Shown here: piece by piece, positions 22,535-35,600 of the stretch
Position numbering within the stretch: position 1 is the first letter of the stretch
Layout: every line of letters begins with the position of its first letter
DNA from: Naegleria gruberi
Lineage: Eukaryota
Strand: one strand, 5' to 3'
DNA: 64,000 nt
NCBI GenBank assembly: GCA_000004985.1
Contig: GG738873.1
Position numbers and translations under genes: made by a program
The notes under the pieces: model-generated
What the model was told of the DNA's origin: nothing
Databases searched by the model: none
The model's input: only the letters and a program-made list of their open reading frames with translations

Positions 22535-24658
22535 TTGCTTTCTTCAAAAAACCGACTCGACTTTTTAACTATACTAGTATCACAACTCTTAAACATGAAG
22601 AGGCAACACGAAGAATCATCAAGTGGCATTAAATTGGGTGATGATGACGTTAATCAATTCCTCCAATCCATAAACCGCTATAACAATCCCTTCATTACCG
22701 AATCATTACTTTCATCAAATAATTATTCTGATATTACATCACCAGAACATGCTCATGTTGACTCCGAGGATGAGGAGGATCAAACTTGTCAACCTTCCTC
22801 ATTGGCACCAGCAAGAAAGTTTAGAAAGATAAATTCCTCCAATTTATTGCTTGCCCAACATAATTTAGAAACAACAGCCGGTGATTTGGCTTGTGCTCCT
22901 TCTGTTTTTGATGATGATGAAGAAGAGGAAGACAATGAAGAGATTTATGATGACGAAAATCCAAGACTTATTGATAAAACAAGGACCGTTGGATCACTTT
23001 TGGATGAATTTCAAATACAAAATTGGTTTGATACAACAACTGATCTTGCCCACACTAAAATAACTGATTATTTCATATCCAATAAGAAGGTTATTTCTAT
23101 GCTGCATAGTATGAGATTACATTATGGATTGGAAATTGAATTTGGATCAACCCTTCTCTATAAGGTTTGGGAGTCCTCTCAGAGAAGATTGTTCAGCCAA
23201 TTAATGTTATCATTTTCTCCTGATTTGTACAATGAAAATATTGTTGAGATGAAAAGATATGCAGAGCCTCAACCAGGTGTGGAATATTTAAAGAGAGTTG
23301 TAAAGGAATATTTTGTGAAAGAAAACAGCCAAAATACCGAAATTCAAAATTTGAAAATTACAAAAGATTTAAGTATTGATGAAGAACTAATAAGAGTTGC
23401 CAAGTTTGTTCTCAATAGCAAGCAAAAGAGAATCAAACTTCTTTCGTGTACCATGGATGAATGGAATGAAGAATTGGATGTAATGAGTAATGGAGGATTT
23501 TCAGCAGCTGGAGCTTCCGTTGGAAGTCTAAAGAGCATTAATTTAACATCAGAAAATATTAGAAACTATAATAATACATCTGGGGAAGTTGTTACATCTC
23601 TTCAGTTTGTTGATAGCAACTCGGGCAAAAGCTTTATTTCTATTTCAGATGAGGATCCTCTAGATCCAGAGACTAGGAATATTACTGACCCAAGAGTGAG
23701 TGAAGCTAGATATAAAAGAGAAATGTACAGAATCAATCGTTGGAAGACAGAAGGAGCCTATCTAAGAAGATTATATATTGGTGAAATTGATGAAAACAAG
23801 TCATTTTCTTCAAATATGTTCTATGATGGGCAGTCTAGAATCAAATGTTCACCTTTACTGAAAAAATTATATTACAAATTCTTTACACACGTTCCAAGAA
23901 TGTTGGATATTGAAGAAGTTTTACGTTTACTTGTTTCAAAACCAAACGAGTCACACGAAATATTTACAAATCTAGAAACTCATGTGTTTAGAGAATTGGA
24001 TCGATTCAAGGTTAGCCTATGCTTGAAAATAGAAATAGCTTTCGAGGACATTTGTGGATTACATATTCAAAAGGCACCTAGTGGTCCTTATGGCTGGGCT
24101 TTATTAGTGCTAAAACTTGCAAAGAGACCCAAGTTCTTTACAAGACGTGTAATGAGCTCGGATAGAAAGAAAAATCTAGTTAAGCAACGAAATTCTGATT
24201 TCACTCCAAATAATATTGCATCCAAATACAGCACACATTATATAATCGGTGATGAAAGAGAACTGAAACGTATAGTTGCTCTAATGATTGAGGCTGATTC
24301 TGATGTTGGACATATTTGTAAACTATACAAACAAGGCATGGATGATATCTCATTCCCTACTAGCCCAGACTGGAGTTTTGAGGAAAGGAAATCTCAAACC
24401 CAATCCAAACAGAAGGAAATATCATATCCATCCAAGATTTCTTTCCAATCTGCTTTTTTATGCAAAGAAGACGAAGAAAATCAACGAGTGAATGAGGAAT
24501 TATACGATTCTGATGATGGTGTTTTCCCATTTGATGTTTCTATTGACAAACTGGATACAATTAGTAGGCAAAAGTATGAAAGACGACAATTGCAACTAGA
24601 AGATTTAGTAGATATGGAGAATAAGAATTTTGGATTGGATGAATGTTTTGTGCAATAA
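22535..24658 (+). CDS. hypothetical acidic protein (707 aa), no recognisable domain
   Basis: Long uninterrupted ORF with coding-like composition. It has acidic D/E runs near the N-terminus. Confidence 0.45.
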   Translation: MLSSKNRLDFLTILVSQLLNMKRQHEESSSGIKLGDDDVNQFLQSINRYNNPFITESLLSSNNYSDITSPEHAHVDSEDEEDQTCQPSSLAPARKFRKINSSNLLLAQHNLETTAGDLACAPSVFDDDEEEEDNEEIYDDENPRLIDKTRTVGSLLDEFQIQNWFDTTTDLAHTKITDYFISNKKVISMLHSMRLHYGLEIEFGSTLLYKVWESSQRRLFSQLMLSFSPDLYNENIVEMKRYAEPQPGVEYLKRVVKEYFVKENSQNTEIQNLKITKDLSIDEELIRVAKFVLNSKQKRIKLLSCTMDEWNEELDVMSNGGFSAAGASVGSLKSINLTSENIRNYNNTSGEVVTSLQFVDSNSGKSFISISDEDPLDPETRNITDPRVSEARYKREMYRINRWKTEGAYLRRLYIGEIDENKSFSSNMFYDGQSRIKCSPLLKKLYYKFFTHVPRMLDIEEVLRLLVSKPNESHEIFTNLETHVFRELDRFKVSLCLKIEIAFEDICGLHIQKAPSGPYGWALLVLKLAKRPKFFTRRVMSSDRKKNLVKQRNSDFTPNNIASKYSTHYIIGDERELKRIVALMIEADSDVGHICKLYKQGMDDISFPTSPDWSFEERKSQTQSKQKEISYPSKISFQSAFLCKEDEENQRVNEELYDSDDGVFPFDVSIDKLDTISRQKYERRQLQLEDLVDMENKNFGLDECFVQ

Positions 24659-24662
24659 ATAT

Positions 24663-26344
24663 TTATCTCTTTTTTCCATAAGTGAAAAAGTTTTCCATAA
24701 TACTGCCAGAGGTGGCTGGATCAGAAAATGGACAACCAGAAGAACAAGGTTTGAATTCTTCTGACTTTTTGTTTTTGTAATATCTCAACCAAAAAGCTCT
24801 ATCAAAACTCTTCAAGAGTAGCCAATCATCTTGCCTTCCCTTATCAAAAAAGAGAGGATCCTTCTTTAAAATTGTATTGACAAATTCATCTAGTTCAGTA
24901 TGAGTGGTGAATTTGAAAACTTCTTGAGTAAAACCAAACTTTTCTTTCACTTCCTTTGGTAATGTATAATTCAACTCGCAACTTCCATTTGTTCTTAATT
25001 TCTCACAATAGTCATGAAGGGCTCCTTTAAACTTGAGCTCCAAACCCAATACTCTACAAAGTTCGTCAACAAAATGTTGACAGTTAGCCTTCTTTTGAGA
25101 ATACATCATGTTCATATTCCACTCACAAATTACATTACTAATCTTTTCGAGGGCTTCTCCAACCTGTGGTCCATGGAAGCATCTATCCACGTCAGCAGCT
25201 AGTACAGCAGCACCAGAGTAGCATTTTCTTGGTACAATTAATGATGAGTCATTCCACTATTTGTTGTTTCGATATGTTTCAATGAAATGATATTAAATTC
25301 ACTTACCTCTAAATACCATGGTCCTACTACTAGAGCAGAGTGAAAGAGTCCAAATTGAGGAACAACATTGAATGTATCTAAAACTGGAGAAAGGAATTTT
25401 CTGAAATTTCTTTGAGCAGCAGTTCTATGTAGTTCAACAATTACTAATTTGACCTTTAAAAATTCTTCATCCTTAATTATATAATTCTTATTAGTTTGCA
25501 GATCAGAAATTTCATTTTCCATTTTTTGTAAATCTCTCCTTTCTTCTTCATCAACCGCAGAATTGTTACCATCTTCAGCAATATTGGAAGCAATATTTGG
25601 AGCTCTACTTGAAGGGATAATTGATCCGAGATGTGATGTTGTAGAAGGTGGTGATCTACCAATTGGTTTTGAAGAAGGGGATGAGGTTGTATCATCATTG
25701 ATCAATTCTGTAATCGTCTTTTTTGTTGCAACAAAATCCTTATTCAAATAACTGTTTAAGAGATGCTTCTTGACGACTAAATTCTTTGCCTTGTCCTTTT
25801 TCTGTTTATCTGACAAGTTTTGCAAACCTTTCAATTTATCCAATTTACTCAAACACTTTTTAATGGCAACATCTTCATCAATCTGAGGAGTATGTGGGGT
25901 AGAAGGACTATTAATTGTTGTCAGTGATGATGGAGAAGTTGTATTATTTACATTGCTTTTTGTGGTGAGTGTTCGATCTAATTCTCTCATCAATTTGATT
26001 GCCACTCCAGTCGGAATATTCATTTCATCAACAAGTGTATCCTTTGTTAGGGACTCTAACATGGATCCATCAAGACCAACAAAATGTTTCTTATATTCAT
26101 CAAAACCATGAGTAGAAAGCCACTCCATCACCATATCATTGGTCCAATTAGAAATTTCCAAAATATGATTATTTGTTTGTTGTTGTATATAAAACCCTGA
26201 TGATGCTGTTGCTCTATTAATTTGTTGTTGTTGATTTTGTTGTTGGGTGAGAGGTTGTTTCTCAGAGGCGGCTTGTTGATCTTCCTCCGTAGTGACACCT
26301 CTTCCTTCACTCCAACTTGTCCACCAACTTTGGCCAAGACCCAT
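24663..26344 (-). CDS. SAM-domain + LRAT/NlpC-P60-like (H-box / NCxHFV) protein; exons 25307–26344 and 24663–25256 (50-nt intron)
   Basis: SAM-like segment (MVMEWLSTHGFDEYKKHFVGLDGSMLESL). The His box (FHSALVVGPWYLE) spans the GAG|GTAAGT...TAG intron, and the Cys box (ANCQHFVDELCR) is typical of the LRAT/H-rev107 family. Confidence 0.6.
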
Positions 26345-26401
26345 TTTTTATGTTGGAAGATATTTTGATTTTCTTGCTGCTCTAGAAATTTATTAATAAT
26401 T

Positions 26402-29130
26402 TTAATTACAAATGGTTGGATATTTTGAACAAATTGTTGAAAGGGCTGTAGTTGTACCACCAACCCAACCATCAGGGAAGCTTGTTCTGGTGGTTCTATA
26501 AATGTTAGGACCAACCAAACTGTTGCCTGTGGAAGCACCTGAGAACACGACATCATTAGCACTACTTGAAAAGACAGAAGAACCTGAATTGACATGGAAT
26601 GTGAGTTGGGATTTAAGGGTCCAGGAAACAAAATCAGATGTTGAATAAATCTTGTTTGATTGTGATGAAGAAAGGGATGTCAGACCTCCAATTATATAAT
26701 AATTACTGTCTGTGTCAACCTTGTAGACAAAAGCAGAATGTAGGACTGAAGGGAACTTGGAATTAAACATGATTTCCCAGTTTCTCATATCTGAATCTAC
26801 GCTTGTTCTTAATACAGTTTGAGAAATAACGAGATTTTGAATTGCATCAACATCTCTAGAAGAGTTGAAAAGATGTGTTTGCTTAATACCCCCAATGATA
26901 TACACATATTGTGTATCAGAAATCAGCATTCCTGATGCCAATGGGAACGGAAGCTTCTGGTCTAACAATTCCCATCCAAACAATGGGTCAGAAATAGGAG
27001 CTCTGTAAATTGAATTTGATATTTCATTATTAACAAACCCACCGAGCATATATATATATTCCTTGATTCTAATGATGTGTGTACTGTAGATTGATTTCCC
27101 ATAGAGCGTGTTATTGAGAACTGAGGTTGGAGATACTTGCTGCCATGAACTGTAATAGCTACCAGGATTGGTACTGTTGTAGTATCCAAATTCTAGACCA
27201 TTTCTTGATAAGAAACTCTTATCAGATTTAAGTAAATAACCTTTTCCGTTCAAATTGAAATATGGACTTTGTCTCAAATACCATGGTAAATAGGTAAAAG
27301 TGTACATGGAATCTTTTGTAAAGCTGTTAGAAACAGAACCAATTGACCTGAATACAGTTGTGGAGAAAGTACTGCCCGAGTAGTAGATGGATCCATCCAT
27401 CGTTTGAAGAGCAAAGCTTCCCGTTGAGCTACTAGCAATATCCAAAATGGAATCAACAAACTCTGTGCTAAAAGACGAGTAAAGAGTAGGTGAGGTCACA
27501 GTGGAAGCAGTTGAACCGAGTCCCAATTCACCATTTGAGTTTCTTCCATATCCGTACATTTTACCATTTGTGCAAATGAGTATTGTACTATAAAACTTTG
27601 AGTAAACTTTTTTAACACTACAAGGTGCGCTTAGGAGTTGAGGAGTGAACCTTGTGGTTGTGGATCCATCACCCAATTGACCATAGTTGTTGTATCCCCA
27701 TGTAACAACTTTTCCATCTGTAGTCAAAACAACAACGTGGTTAGATCCGCATTGAACATCAAGGATGTTAACTGCAGAGAGAGCACCAGTGAGTGGAATT
27801 GCTACAGGTTTACTTTTAAAAGAAGGATCTGTTACACCAATGCCTAATTGACCTAGAGAATTATCTCCAAATGAAGCTAACGTATTGTCACTTGTAAGGA
27901 CCACAACAAAACTATCTCCAGCGCAGACTTTGACAACTTGCTTGTTTTTTAAAGGTCCATTATTCTTTAGCACCTTAAAAGGTCTAAATTTATCTTCTTG
28001 GGTGCTGTCACCAAGTTGTCCTAAAGAGTTATCACCCCAGGCCCACAACTCGCCATCAGTTGTGATGGCGTACGAGCTTCTGCCTCCTGATGCAATTTGC
28101 TCAACTTTCTTCCCCAATAATCCTTTTACTTTAACTGGATTCAAACTATCAGCTTTGTTTCCAGTTCCTAATTGACCATTAGAATTGGAGCCAAAAGAGA
28201 ACAATCCCTCATTAGTAAGTACAAGATTTGTACGAGAGTATGTTTCTACTTGGTAGATAGTTTCAGAAGCAATAGGAATAGAGTCATTATACCTTAGTGC
28301 AGAACCGGAATAGGTTCTTCCAAGTAGCCCTACCTTTAAAGAGTCAATTCCAGTGGAATAGAGTTTTCCATTTCCTAAAATTACTATAAAATGTTGCTCA
28401 CCTCCGGAAAGGAAATTTCTAATTTGTTTTACAGTTCCTTGTGAGGTCTCTAAATTGAACAATGAATTGCCACTGTTTAGAAATCTTCCAGTTGGAACTT
28501 CTTCATTGCTGCCAATACTTTTGGTATAGGTAAAATCTTGTGATGTCAAAATGTCTTTTGAAATCATTCTCTAAGTGCAAACTAATTAATTTAGAATTTT
28601 TGTAAATTACTTACAGTGTGAAATTTTGTTATTGAGCTATTCGAAAAAGCAATGACCTTATTAATCATTTGCGTGACAATGCCAAGCTCTTCAAGCTTAG
28701 ACTTAATATCTTCCAAGGATTTTGATTTCAAAGCACTAAGGTTGTTTATGTAGTCTGCTGTAACTCCATACTGGGAAGCAAATGCAGATATACCATATGT
28801 ATCGTACAGAAAAGAAATTGAACTAGTAAATTCCAAATGAAGGTTTTTTGAGGTTTCTAAAGGAGGAATAAGTGTGGTGTTGATGTAATCAATTACATTG
28901 GAATGGGATACTCTTTGATTGAGACTCATCCTTAAGCCTTCCTCATAGTCCTCATATGTAAGGCCATCCACAAGTAACGACTCGTATGATTGGGAGGCAA
29001 AGACAGAATCTGTGAGAGTTACCTCCGATTAATTGTTTTACTAATACCTACATGAAGAATAATTCAATAATAATAAAATTACAAGTAATCCAATCCACCA
29101 AACTGTTGTTGTTGTTGGCAATCTACTCAT
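26402..29130 (-). CDS. paralog B of the secreted RCC1/Kelch family (no FReD tail); exons 29051–29130, 28615–29009, 26402–28570
   Basis: Exon 1 is a signal peptide (MSRLPTTTTVWWIGLLVILLLLNYSS) ending at donor GTAGGT. The 41-nt and 44-nt introns are in phase. Exon 3 has RCC1 (LWAWGDNSLGQLGD) and Kelch (YMLGGF, YIIGG) signatures. Confidence 0.7.
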
Positions 29131-29342
29131 GTTGTGAGGAGGCCATTGCTTCTTTAAACACATTTTTGTTTTGTATGAGTTTGGTCAGATTTACAGCATA
29201 TTTGCATGCCGTAGACCCCGTAATGGCAGTAAGAAGCTGTAAATCTAACAACACCTCAAAAAAAAAATTAGATACCATCAGCTTACCATCACAGAGTGTG
29301 TGATCACATTGGAATAGTGAGGAATTGTATTATAGTGTAAGA
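29131..29342. promoter_or_regulatory. short shared intergenic region between head-to-head paralogs B and C (putative bidirectional promoter)
   Basis: Only ~210 bp separate the inferred start codons of two divergently transcribed paralogs. Confidence 0.3.
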
Positions 29343-32084
29343 ATGTTGTCTAAATCAAAAATGTGTGGGACTGTGATTCCCCGACTGTGTGTTATCGTGT
29401 TAATATTGTCTCTTATTCTAACAGGTATGTTGAAAAATAGTTGGAGTTTATATCTTTTCGTTAGTCTTTGCTGAAACAGACTTGACCAATGAGCAAATTG
29501 ACGAATTGAGAGCAAAAATGTTAAAAAGAAAAAACTATCTGGATGTAAAACAACTTTATGTAAAACAAAAAGCTGAAACCGACAAAACCAATATTAAAAA
29601 GAGATTGTTCGAGACCAGGAATAGCTTAGATGTTGCAGGAAACTTTTTAAATGAAACTACAATTTCTCAGAGTTCTTACGATGCATTAATGCAAACTAAA
29701 CAATCCCAATTGCAAAACTTAATGAGCATACACTTGGAAGTAGATAATTTACTCTCCATCATCCAAAATTCTGCTGACATGTTGAATGATGACGTAATAA
29801 CATTTGTTAGAGTAAGTAGATTTAAACCTTACTGAATAATTCTTTTTAGCAACATACCCAAAAAGCACGTACTATTGATAAATATGTATCCACCAATCAA
29901 ACACTTACAACATCTGATTTCAATATAACTTCAATGGAAGGAACTTTACCATCACATTATATGGCCAATTCAAATGGTATAAGAAGAATTAGGAATAGAA
30001 TATCTGCTGGCTATCAACACTTCTTATTACTTTTACCAAATGGAAAATTGTACACAACCGGATTACTTCAAAGTAACAATTTGGGTAGAAGCCAAGGATC
30101 AAACATGCTTGATATTTTATACCCTGTAGAAGGTTTAGAAGGAAAGGAAATTTTACAATTCGAATCAAATGGTTTTTTCAGTTTAGTTCTCACCACTGAT
30201 GGTGTTTACTCATTTGGCTTTAACAATAAGGGTCAATTAGGTACTGCCGATATTGTTGACAGAAATTATGCAGTTAAAGTGAAAGGATTTGCTGGAAACA
30301 ATATTACTCAAATTGCAGTAGGAATATCTTCTTCTTATGCAATTGATACCAATGGAAAAGCATGGTCCTGGGGAAGCAACGAATTTGGTCAGTTAGGAGA
30401 CAGAACAGGAGGTGACAAGGCAAGACCTTTCTCAGTTTACAATAATGGAACAATGTTTGGTAAAAAGCCAGTCAAGATCTGTGGTGGTAACAGATACGGA
30501 GTTATATTAACAAAGGATGGTATTCTCTATTCATTTGGTAACCATGATGTTGGTCAATTAGGAATTCCCTCAGTTTCAGTGTCGTACAAGTCTATTGAGC
30601 CAGTGAAAGTTGTTTTGTCAGCCTTTGTAAATTCCACAGTAATTGATGTTCAATGTGGATATGACCATGTTTTAGTATTGTTGGCAGATGGTTCAGTAGG
30701 TGCTTGGGGTAATAACAATTATTATCAAATGGGTGACCAATCAACAGCAATAAGATTTGTTCCAAAACTTATTTCTCAAATTCCTTGCAAAGTAGCATCT
30801 ATTCATACACGTTTCAATACTAACTTTGCCATTTGCAGAGACAATACAATCTACGCTTGGGGACGAAATGATAATGGTCAAACTGGTTTAGGCACAAGCT
30901 ATAGTGATGGTTCAGCCATGCCTAATGTATTGGTACCAACAAAATTAACATTTGTTCCAGAAGGCAGAGTGGTAGAAATTGCTACAACTCAATTTCACAC
31001 TGTTCTACTTACTTCTGAAGGAGTCTTCCATGGGGTTGGACGTGCTGACACCATGTTCAGATCTTCCTCTTTCAATCCAAACACTTTTTCTGTGTTAAAT
31101 GCATACTTGAAATCTGTTGTTCCTTGGCAATTAAGAAAGATACCATATTTTGAAACTGCAGACAGACTTTATATTTTGTTGGCTGACAAGGTAGCCCCAA
31201 CAAGAAGCTACAACGGATTCAACATGTATTTCAGAAATAGAAATGAGTCAGAAAAGGCCTGGAGATTAGTAGAGTTTGACAAAGAAACGAACACAGGATT
31301 CCCTGTTTCTATATACAGTACACATTACTTGAAACTTGACGAATATGTATACTTCTTTGGTGGATTTATTAATGACCACCTATCGAATGCTGTTTACAGA
31401 GCTCCATACAGTGATGTTGAAACAGGTTGGGAGCTTTTACAAAATGTCACAATTCCGGTTCCGCTCGCTGGTGGAATGACAGCAATAATCAATAATTTCT
31501 TTTACATCTTTGGCGGAATATCAAGCTTGTACAATAGTACCACAGGTGAATATAGACCAGAAGTATCTGATATCATAATGAGAGCCCCTTTGTCCAATAT
31601 TTCTGACTGGCAAATAGTTCCAAACAGAAATTTGGTGACACCCATTCATACTGGCCAAATGGCAATTGTTTGGCCTCATGTATACATTTTTGGTGGTTGC
31701 CAAACTGTGTTCACTTCATCTATGAATATTTTCAGAGCTTTACTTTCTGATCCAACCACTTGGGAAATGACATTTGGTTTGTTGCCTCATTACACAGCTA
31801 ATGCTGCTATTGTTTCTACCGGGGAGAATTTAGTGGTTGTTGGTGGAGGTGCATATCCTGAAAAACCAGGAGGTGTATTCATAGCCAAGGCAAACAAAGC
31901 TGATCCAGTAGGATCCTGGATGGCTGTTAGTGAAGTACTTCCAGATTTCCAGGCTGCAGCTGGTGCTCTCAATGGCACAGAGCTTACTCTGATTGGACAT
32001 GATTTTAGAACAACAACAAATAATCTTGATGTTGCCAGTCTATTAATTGGTCAAACTGTTGAAATTACTTTGTTTGATAATTAA
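29343..32084 (+). CDS. paralog C of the secreted RCC1/Kelch family (no FReD tail); exons 29343–29424, 29480–29811, 29850–32084
   Basis: Exon 1 is a signal peptide (MLSKSKMCGTVIPRLCVIVLILSLILT). The introns are 55 and 38 nt (GTATGT...CAG; GTAAGT...TAG). Exon 3 has RCC1 (KAWSWGSNEFGQLGD) and Kelch (YFFGGF, YIFGG) signatures. Confidence 0.7.
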
Positions 32085-32662
32085 ACTTCCATTTTGTGAA
32101 TATGTTTATTAAGTAAAAGGTTACGAAATGATTATTAAATTTATCAGCTGTTTACTTAGTGAAAATTCGAAGTTGTAATTGGAACCTCTGGACTTTAAAC
32201 ATCAAATATTGACACTTAAGATTTAAGATTCAATAAAGCTGGTCTCAAAATTTATGAACATCAAGTGAACTCTCACCCATACATGTGACAGAGACAAGAA
32301 ATTATCTTGGAAGTATTTTTTTCATTAATTGATTAATTGTGAGTTCCTCTTTTTGAGATTTCATTCTCAAAGAATAAATAGTAGAACCTAAAGTTTTTGA
32401 AGTTCCTTGAGTTGTTTCAAATCAAAATTTACATTATTGGTAGTTTGATGAGGTTGCTAATTGTGTTGGTTGCTCTTTGTTGTCCATTCCTCCATTAATT
32501 ATGTTTTAAACCAACAAACACCATTCATCTAGTAAGGACATTTTTTTTGTTGGTTTTCTCAGTGGAAAAGGAAACGTACACCTTACCGTAGATCTAAAAA
32601 TCCGCTCAGCTTGTTTACTCAAATTACAGTTATTTGCGGTGCACAACTCAGAAAAAAAAAGA

Positions 32663-35600
32663 ATGATGAAGACCCTCAACGCTGGTTTGCGGTCTAAATT
32701 GCAATGTGTGTGTGTAGCTTTTTGTAGGTTGTATATTTCCGCTTACTATAAATTTTTCATAGTAATAATTTGCTTCACATTGAGTGTACATACATTTGAT
32801 GCCTCAAATGATCAACAACAACATGCTGTTGAACTTGTAAAAGGATGGAAAGAAAAACAAAATAGTTACAATAGAGTTCTGGTTGGACTAAAACAACAAA
32901 AAGATGATTTTTACTCCTCAAAGATAAAGCAAAAGCTAGTGAATATGCAAGAAGCACTTGATGGTGCTTCAAGGATATTGGATGACTTGGGAGTTAATCA
33001 AACAATGTTTGATCAAATGGTCACATCAAAGAATAAGGACTTGATAAGAGCAATGAGCGTGGAAGTGGAATTGCGCAATGTCATTACCTTGGCTGATAAC
33101 TCACAAAGAATATTGGGAGAGAATAGTTTTAATATGATTAATGTAAGTTTATTTTGAGCATTGACAATTTAGTTTTGTAAAGAATTTCACCGAAGCTATC
33201 TATGGAGAGGAATTATTATTCAGACAAAACACTTTGAACTTTTCAATGAACCACCAAATGTATTTCAACTCTAGACCAGGTATTTTTCCTTCCTATGAAT
33301 ATCATTCTTCTATTGTCAGAGTGAGAAACAGAATTGTTGCAGGTGCAAATCACGTACTTGTATTAATGCCTAATGGTAAATTGTACTCGACTGGTGTCTA
33401 CAATAATGGAAATTTGGGAAGAACAAGTCAGGATTCTAGACTCCTCTACAATAACCCTGTTGAAGTTCTTGACGAATTAGAAATTCTTCAAATTGAAGCT
33501 CACAGAAATAGCAGCATGGTGTTGACTACGAATGGTCTCTATGTTTTTGGTTTAAATGATCGTTCACAATTAGCAACTGGTGGAACTAAATCTGTGTTGA
33601 AAGCAACAAAAGTTCGTGGTTTTAACTTTGACACTAAAATAGTTCAAATTGCTATGGGTAATTATGCTTCGTATGCGATAGATGAAAATGGAAAATTGTG
33701 GGCATGGGGAGCTAATGATCAAGGTCAAATTGGTGACAGAACTTGGGATGAAAAGAATAGACCATTCTCTGTTTATAGATACGGAGCTTTAGCAAATCAA
33801 ACAGTTGTTAGAGTTTGTGCTGGAAATGGTAGTGTACTTGCTTTAACATCAACAGGTAATCTGGTAGCAATTGGAGACAACACATACGGTCAATTGGGTA
33901 CTGGTGATTACGTTTCAAGTGGTGAGCCTGTAATTGTAAAGATGAAACCATTCCAAAATGAGACAATCAAAGAAATTCAATGTGGTATGTTTCATAACCT
34001 TGTCCTTACAGCCAGTGGTAAAGTTTTTGCTTTTGGTGGTAATATGTATGGACAAGTTGGAACTGGTAACACAACAAACATACCAATACCAACTTTGATT
34101 TCTGGTATTGACTGCACCGTAACCAAGATCCACTCAAAAGGTCATGTGAGTTTTGCTGTTTGTGCATCTAAACCAGGGTATTTTTATTCTTGGGGATTGA
34201 ATGATATTGGGCAAACAGGTGCTGGACTTTCTTATGGATTAAAAATTCTATCACCAAAACTTGTAAAATACTCAGCTCACCCAATTGTAGATATTACTTC
34301 CAATGTTGATAATTCCTTCCTTTTTCTTGCTGATGGATCCATTCATGCCACAGGTGGCTGTTTTAATACCCAGTTTTTCCTTGGACAAGATTGCTTTGAT
34401 GCATCTCCCAAGTACTTTTCCGAAACCGTTCTAACAAAGAAGTATGCTTTCTCTATTAACGGACTTTTCACTCAAGTACGACACCAAACCAATATGCAAT
34501 TACACTGGTATCAGAGAAAACCAGTTTATTTCGAAATGGGTGATATTGCATATTTACTTCAAACAGAGAACACTCTTCCAACAAGAAGAAATAACGGGTT
34601 CAATATGTACACCACAAACGTTACAGCAAATGACATGGTATGGAAAATGGTTGAGTATAATGAAACTACCAACACTGGTTTCCCTCACTCTATTTATAAT
34701 ACACACGTCCTTAAACATGGTGAATATGTCTATTTGTTTGGAGGTGTTGTGAATGATGATATTTCAAATAGAATTTACAGAGCACCTGTCTATGATTTGG
34801 TTCAATCATGGGAATTAATTAATGAAACACTTCCAATTCCAATAGCATCTGGAATGCTTCTGACAGTAGGAGATTATGTTTACATTTTTGGTGGTATCAT
34901 TTCTATCTATGAGTTCAATTCTACCGTCGATCTTGGTCCAACAATGAGACACAATGTAACCAATTGTATAATGCGAGCTTCAACAACAAGCATAACAAAT
35001 TGGGAGATTGTACAAGATGTTATTCCCCTTCCCCTGCATTCTGCTTTTATCGAAGTGGTTGGTAATTATGTCTACTTGTTTGGTGGCAGCTCAACAGTAC
35101 GAGGAAGTGGTATTAATATCTTTAGAGCAACATTACAATCTCCAACTGTATGGGAGATGACCTTCGGTCTTCTTCCTTATTACGTTACTAATACCGGTCC
35201 ATTTTCCTCAACAGAAGATAAGTTATATATTTTTGGTGGTACAAACTCATCCACTAGTTCAACTGGGCCTTACTTTGCCTTTGGTAAGAAGAATGATATT
35301 ATTGGATCATGGACTGCAATACCGGATACAAACATAGAGTTGAATATTATTCACAATTCTACACAATTTGATTGGTGCACCAAGTATCCATTGTTATGCT
35401 ATCAATGTTCTAACCCAGATTATTTTTTCAGTGCTGTTACTGGGCACACTGGTCCACAATATTATGAGGCTACTAATCCAAGTGTCTGCTCTTCAGCTGG
35501 TATTTGCGTTGGTAATGATGGATGTAAATGCACTCCTGGTCGATTTGGTGACCGATGTCAATTTACAGGAATAGTGGCTTACAATAATGGCAGACAATAT

